From: a virus
Lineage: Duplodnaviria > Caudoviricetes
Strand: one strand, 5' to 3'
Length of the DNA stretch: 64,000 nt
IMG/VR virus record: IMGVR_UViG_3300037400_002699
Location: 70,274 to 134,273 of that record
Part shown: positions 8,852 through 17,957 of the stretch, piece after piece
How positions within the stretch are numbered: the stretch's first letter is position 1
Layout: the number at the start of each line of letters is the position of its first letter
Program-made: the position numbers and the translations under genes
Notes under the pieces: model-generated
Databases searched by the model: none
What the model saw: only the letters and a program-made list of their open reading frames with translations
What the model was told of the DNA's origin: nothing

Positions 8852-11068
8852 ATGCAGAAAAGAAGAACAAGAATGTACGAGCCTTGGGGATACAGGGAGG
8901 AGAATAACTACCAAAGTTCAGAAAACATACGTGAGGATGACTTAAGCAGTTTCTTCGCTGGCGTTGAATATAAGAGAAGCGACAATAAAATTCATTTCTC
9001 AAATAAAGATGGAGAAGAGGTTGGAACACTAAACGTAAACGACTTTATCAAATCAGACCAAATTGTTGAAAAGGCATGGTATGAAGATGGTAAAATCTAC
9101 GTCAAATTCACCAACGGAGATTTAATAACAGTAGATGTTAAAGAACTTCTTGATGAGAATGAATTCAAGGAAGGACTTCAAGTAGTCGATGGGATTGTAT
9201 CAGTACTTAAAGACCCTGCTAGCGAAAAATGGCTGACAATATCAGAGAACGGTGTGAAGGTTGATGGAATTCAAGCTGAGATTGACCGCCTTGATGGTAG
9301 AATCGATGACGAAACCTCAAGAGCTACATCAGAGGAATCTAGAATAGAGGCAAAGCTAGATGCTGAAATAACCAGGTCAACTGACGAAGATGCGAGACTT
9401 GACGGAAAGATTGATGATGAAACCACAAGGGCAAAAGAAGCTGAAGCTGGATTAAGCAGAAGAATAGATACACTTAATGACGAACTTGATAGAGAAGAAG
9501 CACGTGCCCAAGCAGCAGAGCAAGAACTTAGTACAAGATTAACAACTGAAATTGCTGATAGAAAAGCAGATGTTGATGAGGAAGAGGCTCGCGCCAAGGC
9601 AGCAGAAGAGGCTTTGCAAGAGGCTATTGACGATGAGACCGCAAGAGCAACTAGCGCTGAGACTGCATTACAGACTGCAATTGATAATGAGGCTGCAAGG
9701 GCAACAGCAGCAGAAGGAGTATTGCAGACAAATATTGATAATGAGGCTTCAAGAGCAACTAGTGCTGAAACTGATTTACAAGGTGCAATTAACGATGAAG
9801 CAACAAGAGCACAGGGAGTAGAAGATTCTCTTAACGATAAGATTGATGCGGCGGTAAGCAGTATTACTGATGCAGTTAGCGAAGAAGTTGCTGATAGAAA
9901 GGCTGAAGCCGTTGCAAGTGCTGCATACGATGAAAGCGCTAAGACAATTAATTTCCTTAATGCAAATGGCGCTGTGATTTCATCTGTTGATGCAACTGAT
10001 TTCATTAAGGACGGCATGATTGAAAGCGTTAAAATTGAAAACGGTAATCTTGTCATTACGTTTAACACAGAAAGCGGAAAAGAACCAATATCAATTCCAT
10101 TGAGCGATATATTCAATCCGAATAACTATTACACGAAGGATGAAATCAATGAGAAAGTCTCCACAATCAACGATAATATCTCTGATGAGGCATCAGCAAG
10201 GGAAAGCGGAGATACAGCCTTAGACGGAAAAATAGACGCATTAGAAGCCGTAGTAGACACAAAGGCTAATACGACTGATGTCAATGCAGCACTTGGTTTA
10301 AAGGCTGATAAGACAGAGATTCCTACCGATTTCTATACACAAGAAGAGGTCGATACAATGCTTGCAGAGAAACAAGCTGAAATTGACAAAATAATCTCTG
10401 ATTATAAAAAACTCAAGGAAATAGTAGGAGACCTTGGTGGTGATGTCGAGTACAGCGTTCCAGCTGATGGAAAACTCACTGATATGTTAAAGAAAAGTGG
10501 TATAATTAAGCTTACTGAAGACGTTGAGAGCAACACTTATACTGGTGGCATAACATCAAAGAATATCACCACTTTGAATCTTGGTGGTAAAACTATCACA
10601 ACAACTGCAAATACCACAACAAATCCATCAATCATGGCAAGGGGTACGCAGCAATTCACAATACAAGGTAGTGGAACATTAAATGCAAATGGTCATATCG
10701 CTATCGAGGCAAATGGTGAAAATGCAGTTATCACACTTGGTGGAACAGCATTCGGCAAACCTACATACGTTACCAATAGAGAGGGTGAGTTAATTTACTG
10801 TTATCTTGGAACAATTAACATCACCAATGGAGTCTTCAGAAATGACAATGATAATAAAGCATTCTTGTTAAACTGCTATGATGCAAACTATAAGAATGGT
10901 ACGGCAAAGATTGTTGTAACTGGTGGTAAGTTCTATGACTTCGACCCTGCAAACAATACTTCTGAAGGAGAAGGTACATCTTACGTTCCTGAAGGATATG
11001 TATCAGTCGAAAGCACTGAAACCATTGATGGCGTGGAGCATAAAGTCTACACGGTGAAAAAAGCATAA
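8852..11068 (+). CDS. Coiled-coil fibre protein with 18-aa repeats and C-terminal beta-helix-like domain
   Basis: Repeats of the type DETARATSAETALQTAID; C-terminal LNLGGKTIT/ITNGVF/VTGGKF pattern. Confidence 0.8.
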   Translation: MQKRRTRMYEPWGYREENNYQSSENIREDDLSSFFAGVEYKRSDNKIHFSNKDGEEVGTLNVNDFIKSDQIVEKAWYEDGKIYVKFTNGDLITVDVKELLDENEFKEGLQVVDGIVSVLKDPASEKWLTISENGVKVDGIQAEIDRLDGRIDDETSRATSEESRIEAKLDAEITRSTDEDARLDGKIDDETTRAKEAEAGLSRRIDTLNDELDREEARAQAAEQELSTRLTTEIADRKADVDEEEARAKAAEEALQEAIDDETARATSAETALQTAIDNEAARATAAEGVLQTNIDNEASRATSAETDLQGAINDEATRAQGVEDSLNDKIDAAVSSITDAVSEEVADRKAEAVASAAYDESAKTINFLNANGAVISSVDATDFIKDGMIESVKIENGNLVITFNTESGKEPISIPLSDIFNPNNYYTKDEINEKVSTINDNISDEASARESGDTALDGKIDALEAVVDTKANTTDVNAALGLKADKTEIPTDFYTQEEVDTMLAEKQAEIDKIISDYKKLKEIVGDLGGDVEYSVPADGKLTDMLKKSGIIKLTEDVESNTYTGGITSKNITTLNLGGKTITTTANTTTNPSIMARGTQQFTIQGSGTLNANGHIAIEANGENAVITLGGTAFGKPTYVTNREGELIYCYLGTINITNGVFRNDNDNKAFLLNCYDANYKNGTAKIVVTGGKFYDFDPANNTSEGEGTSYVPEGYVSVESTETIDGVEHKVYTVKKA
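9300..9840 (+). repeat. Imperfect 54-bp (18-aa) tandem coding repeats
   Basis: Recurrent GAT-GAR-RCN-NCA-AGR-GCA units encoding (D/N)E..RA..AE..L...ID; boundaries approximate. Confidence 0.75.
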
Positions 11069-11134
11069 AAACTAAATGGAACGATATACTTGTTGATTCC
11101 AAATTTATTTCTTACATAAATATACAAAAAGATA

Positions 11135-11164
11135 ATGAGGAATTGTTTAAATACAGTTCCTCAT
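11135..11164. terminator. Repeated hairpin A, copy 1 of 3 (also 16421-16450 and 23942-23971)
   Basis: ATGAGGAATTGTTTRARTACAGTTCCTCAT followed by T-run; near-identical in three places. Confidence 0.85.
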
Positions 11165-11182
11165 TTTTATATCAATTATGAA

Positions 11183-11380
11183 CTAGCAAAGTAATATTAT
11201 AATTCCATAAATAAACACTAATAGACTTATAATAAAGAATATTAGCCAATTCCTTTTTGTGGTTCTAACAGATTCAACATCCGCATGACAGTCTGGGTTG
11301 ATGAGTTTTTTCCTCATGACGAAGAATATAATGATTGACATAATCAAAAATATCCCTCCAAATACTATAAATGGATTCAT
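11183..11380 (-). CDS. Small two-TM membrane protein
   Basis: Two hydrophobic stretches in 65 aa. Confidence 0.65.
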   Translation of the reverse strand: MNPFIVFGGIFLIMSIIIFFVMRKKLINPDCHADVESVRTTKRNWLIFFIISLLVFIYGIIILLC

Positions 11381-11381
11381 A

Positions 11382-12149
11382 TTATGTATTATTCTTTTTT
11401 AACTCATTATATTTATTTTCAGTAACTATTACTGGATATGTTTTTATTTTTTTGAATTTATGCATCATAAACAGATTTGATAATCGTTCGGCGATATATC
11501 CTCCTATTCTATATTGGTATTCAACTGTATTATTTGGATAGAAAATTTTAATGTATTTTTCATAGTTGTCATATATTCTCTTATTGATGTCTGTTCCAAC
11601 AATTTTTAGGTATTCATCAAGTATTGAGAATATAAAGTCTATATATTCCTTGAAGTCTTCCCTTTTCATTATGAACATGTTATATGGAATCAATATATTT
11701 CCGTTAATGAAATTCTTCCATATATTTGTTTGTTCTGGATATTTCTCAGCAATGATTCCACCAATGATATACAAGTCTTCAATGTTATGACAAAATAAAT
11801 ATTGTGTTTTCACATTTGTCTTTAACACTTTTGGTTTTGAGCATATTGCATCATATTTAGAGAATATATCATCCATATCTGGAATATTATCAAGGAATGA
11901 GAAATATCTTCTGTTATGACAAAATCCAACATATTCTGGTAACTCTATATTTTTAGATACATAATATAGCATATATAATTCTGAATAGAACTTATCATCA
12001 AGTTTTAAATTATTTTTGCATTTTATAAGTTCAAGATTGGAATTATTTTCTATTTCATGATTTCCGACAATTATCTTATACACATCATTTTTAACAGCTG
12101 GTGTGAACGTTTTTTGAGTGCCTATAAAAATATTTAAATTATTGTTCAT
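11382..12149 (-). CDS. DUF4422-like polysaccharide biosynthesis/glycosyltransferase-associated protein
   Basis: YSELYMLY...YVGFCHNRRYF...YNMFIMK...RIGGYIAERL; ATG start chosen at 12149. Confidence 0.8.
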   Translation of the reverse strand: MNNNLNIFIGTQKTFTPAVKNDVYKIIVGNHEIENNSNLELIKCKNNLKLDDKFYSELYMLYYVSKNIELPEYVGFCHNRRYFSFLDNIPDMDDIFSKYDAICSKPKVLKTNVKTQYLFCHNIEDLYIIGGIIAEKYPEQTNIWKNFINGNILIPYNMFIMKREDFKEYIDFIFSILDEYLKIVGTDINKRIYDNYEKYIKIFYPNNTVEYQYRIGGYIAERLSNLFMMHKFKKIKTYPVIVTENKYNELKKNNT

Positions 12150-12150
12150 A

Positions 12151-12816
12151 TCATTTAAAGTTTCTGTCAATATATGTCCAAGTATCTGTACAGTTCATTT
12201 CTATTAGGACATCTGTAAAATCAATATCAGCCCATTTGTCAGATAATGTAAGGTTATTTCTATTATCAAAGTACCATATTTCTTTGAAAAAGCAAGATAA
12301 AAGAGGCACATCTGGTATTAATTGTGAATCTCCGCTTATGAATAATATTCTATCACTATTTATAGTTTTATTAATAAGCCTTGAGCATTCATGAGAATAC
12401 TTATAAAGCCTATGATAATCTGTAATGTCTTTGTTTGGCGAATCGTTACTTGTTATATTTTCAAATAATAGATTATCAAAATGCTCTCCCCTTGTATAGC
12501 CATATATTTCATATTCATATTTTTCCTTTGGCTTTAATAAAGATATATCAAAATTTCCACTATGTCTTTCGTCAACAAAGAAATCATCATCATTAAAATT
12601 TATATTAAGTATTTTGCACAATAATGGTATAGTATATTTCCTATGATACTGCGGAGTGTAATGGTTGTTGTTTTTCGCCCAACCGTCATACATCATACCT
12701 TTCTCTGGTAACGGAAGCTTATTTATTTCCTTATCAACTTTATATTCCTTATAAGTTGTGTATGAATATGGAAACTGTATATACACAGCCTTGTCAATTA
12801 AATCTTTCTTTGTCAT
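12151..12816 (-). CDS. Hypothetical protein (contains ILFISGDSQ, SGNH/AlgX-like motif)
   Basis: 221-aa AT-rich ORF with GDS motif. Confidence 0.6.
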   Translation of the reverse strand: MTKKDLIDKAVYIQFPYSYTTYKEYKVDKEINKLPLPEKGMMYDGWAKNNNHYTPQYHRKYTIPLLCKILNINFNDDDFFVDERHSGNFDISLLKPKEKYEYEIYGYTRGEHFDNLLFENITSNDSPNKDITDYHRLYKYSHECSRLINKTINSDRILFISGDSQLIPDVPLLSCFFKEIWYFDNRNNLTLSDKWADIDFTDVLIEMNCTDTWTYIDRNFK

Positions 12817-12971
12817 TCACATTAAACGAGTTTTTTGGTAATTCAAACATAGTTTTTAATTTATATATAAATAATAATATTTTATATTAATAAATAAACA
12901 AATTGAAATAGTAAAATATTTATTATATAAAAAGAAATAAAAAATAATTAATAAAATATTTTAAGAAAATT

Positions 12972-14906
12972 ATGGCTATAATTAACAACAATGTAGAGAA
13001 CGTTAAGTTCTTGAGAAACCAAAATCCTTTTGAGTCACGTGAAGCTGCACGTACCGCTTTGGAGAGCAATAAGGGACAAGCTGCTGATGGTACTGCCTTG
13101 CTTGCTCGTTACACCATAACTGACGGACAGACAACAGACGTTAAGACTCTTGTTGGTTTTGTTGCTGAGGTAAATTCAACAAAGTACGTCACAATATTTG
13201 ACGTTGAAGGTGGAAGTGAGGATGTTAATAATCTTCGTGAAGAGATTAATGCAAAACTTGGTACTACTTTCATTAGCTCAAGCAATACTGTAGAGTCAAA
13301 CCTTACTGCTTTAAGTGGTAATAACAGTTCAACAAGTGCTGAGACCTCTGTTGAAGGTGCTAAGAGATATGCTGATGAATTAAAGAATCAGATGGATTAC
13401 AGTGGTGTAACAACTGGAACTGGTGTTTATGTAACAAACGTAACACAGTCTGATGGTATTGTATCTGCAACAACTGCAACCCTTCCAACCGTAACTGGTG
13501 AGGTTGAGTCTAAGAAGGTTGTAATGAGTGTATCTGAGGACAAGGGAGAAATTGCTGTCACTAAGGGTACTATTGAATCTTCTGATAAGACTGTTGTAAT
13601 AGGTGACTTGGCTGAAGGTAATGGTGTTGACTTCAAGGTTAATATTGATGGTGAGACACTTGTTGCTGATACAAGTACTGGTGTGATTAGTGTCGCTTCT
13701 GCTGCTCTTACACAGTATGTTGGCGATGAAGACACCATACACATTTCTGCTGCTGATGCACAGAACAACAAGACTGTTAGTTCACTCCTTACAATTTCAG
13801 CAACAACTCCAAGTGAAGCTAATGTAAAGGAACAGTATAACCTTGTTGGCGCAAGTGGTAATACAATTGGTGCAACTATTAAAATTTATAAGGACAGTGC
13901 ATTGCTTTCAGTTGCATTGTTACACGCTGATACCACAGCAAACCCACAAGTATTGCCAACATATGACAAGGCAACAAATACTTGGACTGATATTGCAGAC
14001 CCAACAGACGAAAACCAAGCATTGTGCTATGCATATGAGGATGTAAGTGGAAACACTGTTGTTGCAGCAGTCCCAGTTGGTGCATTTATCAATGAGCAAG
14101 AGTTTGCAAGTGGTGTTACTTGGGATGCAACTGCAAATAAGGTTAAGGGTGTTGTTGACTCAACTTCAGAAAAGGATTCACAAGACACTCCAGTTGATTT
14201 CTTGACAGTTGGCGCTGATGGTTTCAAGATTAGTGGAATTAAGGATGAGATTGATAGACAACTTGACGCTGTGGTTGAAGACCTTGATGCAACCGTAACT
14301 GGTGAAACAGCAAACCAACATATCACAATTTCCATTGAAGAACTTGATGGTAAACTTGTTCAGAGTGGCTTGACAATCACTGAAAGCAACATTGCAAACG
14401 CTGATGACCTTGCAGAACTTAGTGGAAAGACAGTAACCGCATTGACGTCTACAAATGGTAGTATTACTGCACAGATAGATGATGCTGCTGGCTGCAAGAC
14501 ATATGACATCGAGACTGATGCTGACAAGATTAAGATGAGTGGTTTCACAAGCACTGACGCACTTAGTGGCATTACAGAGGCTGATTCAATCGCAACAGCG
14601 TTTGAGAAGGTGGATGCAGTTATCACAGAGAATGAGCAAGTTACTTCTGAGGCATTGAACGACCTTAACTCTAGAATCAACACAGTTAGTGGCGAGGTTG
14701 AAACTCTTACAACAGACTCACTCAGTGGAATCACAGTTAATGGTACTGCTGTAGCACCATCAAATCACGTTGCTCCATTGGTAATTGATTCTACTTCTGC
14801 TGCAACTGAATCCAGCGATGGTAAGGCAATTACTGTTCAGACTGATGCAAATGGTAACATTACACTTGGAATTTCCTCAATTGATTGTGGCTACTATAGT
14901 GAGTAA
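12972..14906 (+). CDS. Fibre/virion structural protein, paralog of 28913..30733
   Basis: Shared N-domain (LRN...DG...LARY...TLVGF...TIxDVEG); ends IDCGYYSE. Confidence 0.8.
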   Translation: MAIINNNVENVKFLRNQNPFESREAARTALESNKGQAADGTALLARYTITDGQTTDVKTLVGFVAEVNSTKYVTIFDVEGGSEDVNNLREEINAKLGTTFISSSNTVESNLTALSGNNSSTSAETSVEGAKRYADELKNQMDYSGVTTGTGVYVTNVTQSDGIVSATTATLPTVTGEVESKKVVMSVSEDKGEIAVTKGTIESSDKTVVIGDLAEGNGVDFKVNIDGETLVADTSTGVISVASAALTQYVGDEDTIHISAADAQNNKTVSSLLTISATTPSEANVKEQYNLVGASGNTIGATIKIYKDSALLSVALLHADTTANPQVLPTYDKATNTWTDIADPTDENQALCYAYEDVSGNTVVAAVPVGAFINEQEFASGVTWDATANKVKGVVDSTSEKDSQDTPVDFLTVGADGFKISGIKDEIDRQLDAVVEDLDATVTGETANQHITISIEELDGKLVQSGLTITESNIANADDLAELSGKTVTALTSTNGSITAQIDDAAGCKTYDIETDADKIKMSGFTSTDALSGITEADSIATAFEKVDAVITENEQVTSEALNDLNSRINTVSGEVETLTTDSLSGITVNGTAVAPSNHVAPLVIDSTSAATESSDGKAITVQTDANGNITLGISSIDCGYYSE

Positions 14907-16372
14907 TTACTTATGAATAAAAAAAAGTCTAGATAACCTTTATCTAGACTTTTTTATTTCTTTTAATAGTTTATTTTTATCAACAAATAGATTGTTTTTA
15001 TTATATATTTTATTAAAATACTTTGTATACCCTTTAACATTTGTATAATATAGTATTTTAATACCATTATCAACACACCCATTATATTTGATTACATCTT
15101 TTTCTATTCTGTTAACGTCTTTAAAAAATGGGCTTTTTTCAAAGTGTTGAATTCCTTGGCATTCAATCACAACATTATATTTTGGTAAATAAAAATCAAA
15201 TGGTAAAGGGTTTATATTTTTAACATTATTAAATTTTTTTTGCCTTATATTTTCAATAGTGTTTTCATTTAATAATAGATTAATTTCTTCCTCTAATTTA
15301 CTTTCATTACACAATGGGCAATTACTTTTACTTAGTATGTGGTTTGTTGGCATTTGCCAGAACTCTCCGTGCTTTGGACATATAATACAAACTGGTGTAT
15401 GGTTATTCACATATTCGACCTTTGAATAATCATATTTATCTCCATGTATTTCTTTTGCCTTTTTTATAAATTCTTCTGTGGTTGATTTTTTATTGTTGGA
15501 ACAAATTGGGCATCCACACCCTTGTAAATGGTGGTGATAATACTGTTCAAATTCACCGTGTTTTTTGCAGATTATTTTTATTTTTTTATTTTCTGAGATT
15601 TTATCAATTAAGCTATAATCGTATTCATCTCCATGAATTTTTTTTGCTTTTTCAATAAACTCATCAACGTTTATTTTATCTTTTTTGGCGCATTTTTGGC
15701 ATCCGCAACCTCTTAGATGGTTTTCTGGCATCTGATAGAATTCTCCATGTTCTGGACAAATTATACATACTTTTATTTTAGCTCCTTTATATTCAACTTT
15801 TGAGTAATCATATTTATCTCCATGTATTTTTTTTGCCTTGCTGATAAATTGTTTTGTTTGTTCTTTTATTTTATCCTCATCAATTATTTCTGGGTATTTT
15901 ATTCCTCGTCTACCTAAGAATGGCATACCTGTTTTAGATTTTAAATGAACGAATGGGTATTGCCAAAACTCCCCAGTAGGATTTTCTTCAGTAATTAATT
16001 CTTTGCACATTATGCAAACTTTTTCCCTTCTATTTGTATAAACGGTTTTTGAGTAGTCAAATTTATCACCAAATTTTTCAGTAGCATCTTTTATAAAATT
16101 TTCTGTTGTATAATTACGCCTTTTTCCAATGCATTTTGGACATCCTTGGCCACGTAAATGCGCATATACTACTTGTTCGAACTCACCGTGTATAGGACAT
16201 ATTATTTTCATTTTTTTTAATACTGATATATTACTAAATTTAGGGTAATCATATTTATTACCATGAACAATTTTTGCTCTTTTTACTATTTCATCATATT
16301 TCATATCGTTATGTAATTTCTTATTTATAAATATCTCTTAATAAGAAAAAAATTTTTGATTGTGGTTACTAT
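14881..16372 (-). mobile_element. Endonuclease cassette flanked by a 17-bp direct repeat of the host gene 3' end
   Basis: TTGATTGTGGCTACTAT at 14881-14897 and TTGATTGTGGTTACTAT at 16356-16372; internal terminator ~14920-14956 and promoter motif 16326-16334. Confidence 0.8.
14940..16304 (-). CDS. Free-standing homing-type endonuclease: repeated Cys/His zinc-binding units (DUF723-like) plus C-terminal Vsr/DUF559-like nuclease
   Basis: About five HGxKYDYSK...IICPxHGEF...GCPxC units; FDFYLPKYNVVIECQGIQH. Confidence 0.85.
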   Translation of the reverse strand: MKYDEIVKRAKIVHGNKYDYPKFSNISVLKKMKIICPIHGEFEQVVYAHLRGQGCPKCIGKRRNYTTENFIKDATEKFGDKFDYSKTVYTNRREKVCIMCKELITEENPTGEFWQYPFVHLKSKTGMPFLGRRGIKYPEIIDEDKIKEQTKQFISKAKKIHGDKYDYSKVEYKGAKIKVCIICPEHGEFYQMPENHLRGCGCQKCAKKDKINVDEFIEKAKKIHGDEYDYSLIDKISENKKIKIICKKHGEFEQYYHHHLQGCGCPICSNNKKSTTEEFIKKAKEIHGDKYDYSKVEYVNNHTPVCIICPKHGEFWQMPTNHILSKSNCPLCNESKLEEEINLLLNENTIENIRQKKFNNVKNINPLPFDFYLPKYNVVIECQGIQHFEKSPFFKDVNRIEKDVIKYNGCVDNGIKILYYTNVKGYTKYFNKIYNKNNLFVDKNKLLKEIKKSR

Positions 16373-16510
16373 GATGGTACACAAGGCTAAAAAAAAATAA
16401 TAAATTATAATATACAAAAGATGAGGAATTGTTTGAATACAGTTCCTCATTTTTTATTTCCCTACAAATATTTATTACTATATGATAACTTTAATAATAA
16501 TATAACAATT

Positions 16511-17707
16511 ATGGCAATCTATTTAAAGAAGTTTGAGAATCATACGCAGTATGATAATTACATCAATGGTAGTGGAGCAATACTACCAAATGTATCTATA
16601 TGTGTAACAGAAGGTGATGTGCATTATAATCCTTATGTGTCACCATATGCTGGTTTCTGTAAACTGGTATTAAGCAATGGTGAAACTGTAGAACTTGAAG
16701 GTAGTGGGCGATTAACAAGTGCGCATACAAGAGAATACAGTGCAACAACCGTAAATGCTGAAATTGGCACACAGTGTACAAGTATTGGTGAAAGGACTTT
16801 CTTTCAATGTACTAGTCTTACAAGTTGTACTATAGGAAGTGGCGTTACAAGTATTGGTACATATGCTTTCTATAAATGTAGCGGTCTTACAAATATAGTT
16901 GTGCCTAATAGTGTTACAACTATTGGTTATAATGCTTTCGATAGTTGTAGTAGTCTTACAAGTATAGATATACCAGATAGTGTTATAAGTATTGGCGATG
17001 CTGCTTTCGGTTATTGTACTAGTCTTACAAGTTGTACTATAGGTAGTGGTGTTACAACTATTGGTGATAGTATTTTCCAACGTTGTAGTGGTCTTACAAG
17101 AATGAACAGTGACATTGATGGTGTATTCAACATTCCAAGTGGTGTTACAAGTATTGACCATAATGCTTTCAATAATTGTAGAAGTCTTACAAGTATAGAA
17201 ATACCAAGTGGTGTTACAAGTATTGGCTATGGTGCTTTCTCTGATTGTACTAGTCTTACAAATATAGTTATACCTAATAGTGTTACAACTATTGGTCATT
17301 ATGCTTTCTCTCATTGTACTAGTCTTACAAATATAGTTGTGCCTAATAGTGTTACAACTATTGGTAATAATGCTTTCGGTAGTTGTAGTGGTCTTACAAG
17401 TTGTACCATAGGTAATGGTGTTACAAGTATTGGCGAGGAGGCTTTCACATATTGTAGTAGTCTTACAAGTTGTACCATAGGTAATGGTGTTACAAGTATT
17501 GGTACTTATGCTTTCAGAAAATGTAGTAGTCTTACAAGTATAGTATGTAATGCTACCACATCACCTACAATATCAAGTACTACATTCCGAGATGTCAAGA
17601 CAAGGGGCACATTAACAGTGCCAAGTGGTAGTAGTGGTTATGATGTATGGATGGGTACAGGAAATTATTATCTAGGAAAATATAATTGGACGAAGGTAGA
17701 ACAATAA
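16511..17707 (+). CDS. BspA-type (LRR_5) leucine-rich-repeat protein with shared N-terminal module
   Basis: 23-aa repeats TSIGxxAFxxCxSLTSxxIPxxV; true start is ATG 16511 because ATG 16421 lies inside hairpin A. Confidence 0.9.
   Translation: MAIYLKKFENHTQYDNYINGSGAILPNVSICVTEGDVHYNPYVSPYAGFCKLVLSNGETVELEGSGRLTSAHTREYSATTVNAEIGTQCTSIGERTFFQCTSLTSCTIGSGVTSIGTYAFYKCSGLTNIVVPNSVTTIGYNAFDSCSSLTSIDIPDSVISIGDAAFGYCTSLTSCTIGSGVTTIGDSIFQRCSGLTRMNSDIDGVFNIPSGVTSIDHNAFNNCRSLTSIEIPSGVTSIGYGAFSDCTSLTNIVIPNSVTTIGHYAFSHCTSLTNIVVPNSVTTIGNNAFGSCSGLTSCTIGNGVTSIGEEAFTYCSSLTSCTIGNGVTSIGTYAFRKCSSLTSIVCNATTSPTISSTTFRDVKTRGTLTVPSGSSGYDVWMGTGNYYLGKYNWTKVEQ
16777..17540 (+). repeat. 69-bp LRR tandem repeats (~11 units)
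   Basis: Framework GTTACAAGTATTGGT-NNNNNN-GCTTTC-NNNNNN-TGTAGTAGTCTTACAAGT. Confidence 0.9.
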
Positions 17708-17715
17708 TAATATAA

Positions 17716-17737
17716 GAGTAATCAGAAATGGTTGCTC
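17716..17737 (+). terminator. Repeated hairpin B (also 25448-25469)
   Basis: GAGTAATCAGAAATGGTTRCTC plus T-run after both LRR genes. Confidence 0.8.
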
Positions 17738-17768
17738 TTTTTTTATTTTTGGTTTGATATTTATGTAT

Positions 17769-17954
17769 ATGAAGGAAGATAACAATATAAATTGGGAACA
17801 GATAAGGATTGATGCTAGCATTAATATAATGAATGCCATATTGTCAAGTTCTATTATGGTATTCATATTTCAGTTTATATTCAAGAGGCAGATTGCAGAT
17901 ATTGCGGTTAGTTATGCCAATAAATTGATTGAGGAATTAAAGAAAAACAAATAA
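17769..17954 (+). CDS. Small protein, paralog of 31656..31853
   Basis: INWEQIRIDASINIMNAILSSSIMVFIFQF...AVSYANKLIEELKK. Confidence 0.8.
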   Translation: MKEDNNINWEQIRIDASINIMNAILSSSIMVFIFQFIFKRQIADIAVSYANKLIEELKKNK

Positions 17955-17957
17955 AAT

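Noticed and set aside
14898-16355. Group I intron or IS element
   Set aside because: The host ORF has its own stop before the insert, no intron core is evident in the short flanks, and there are no terminal inverted repeats or transposase motifs.
16421-16510. 30-aa N-terminal extension of the LRR gene in the ORF track
   Set aside because: That ATG lies inside hairpin A. The paralog at 24035 and the promoter motif at 16468 place the start at 16511.
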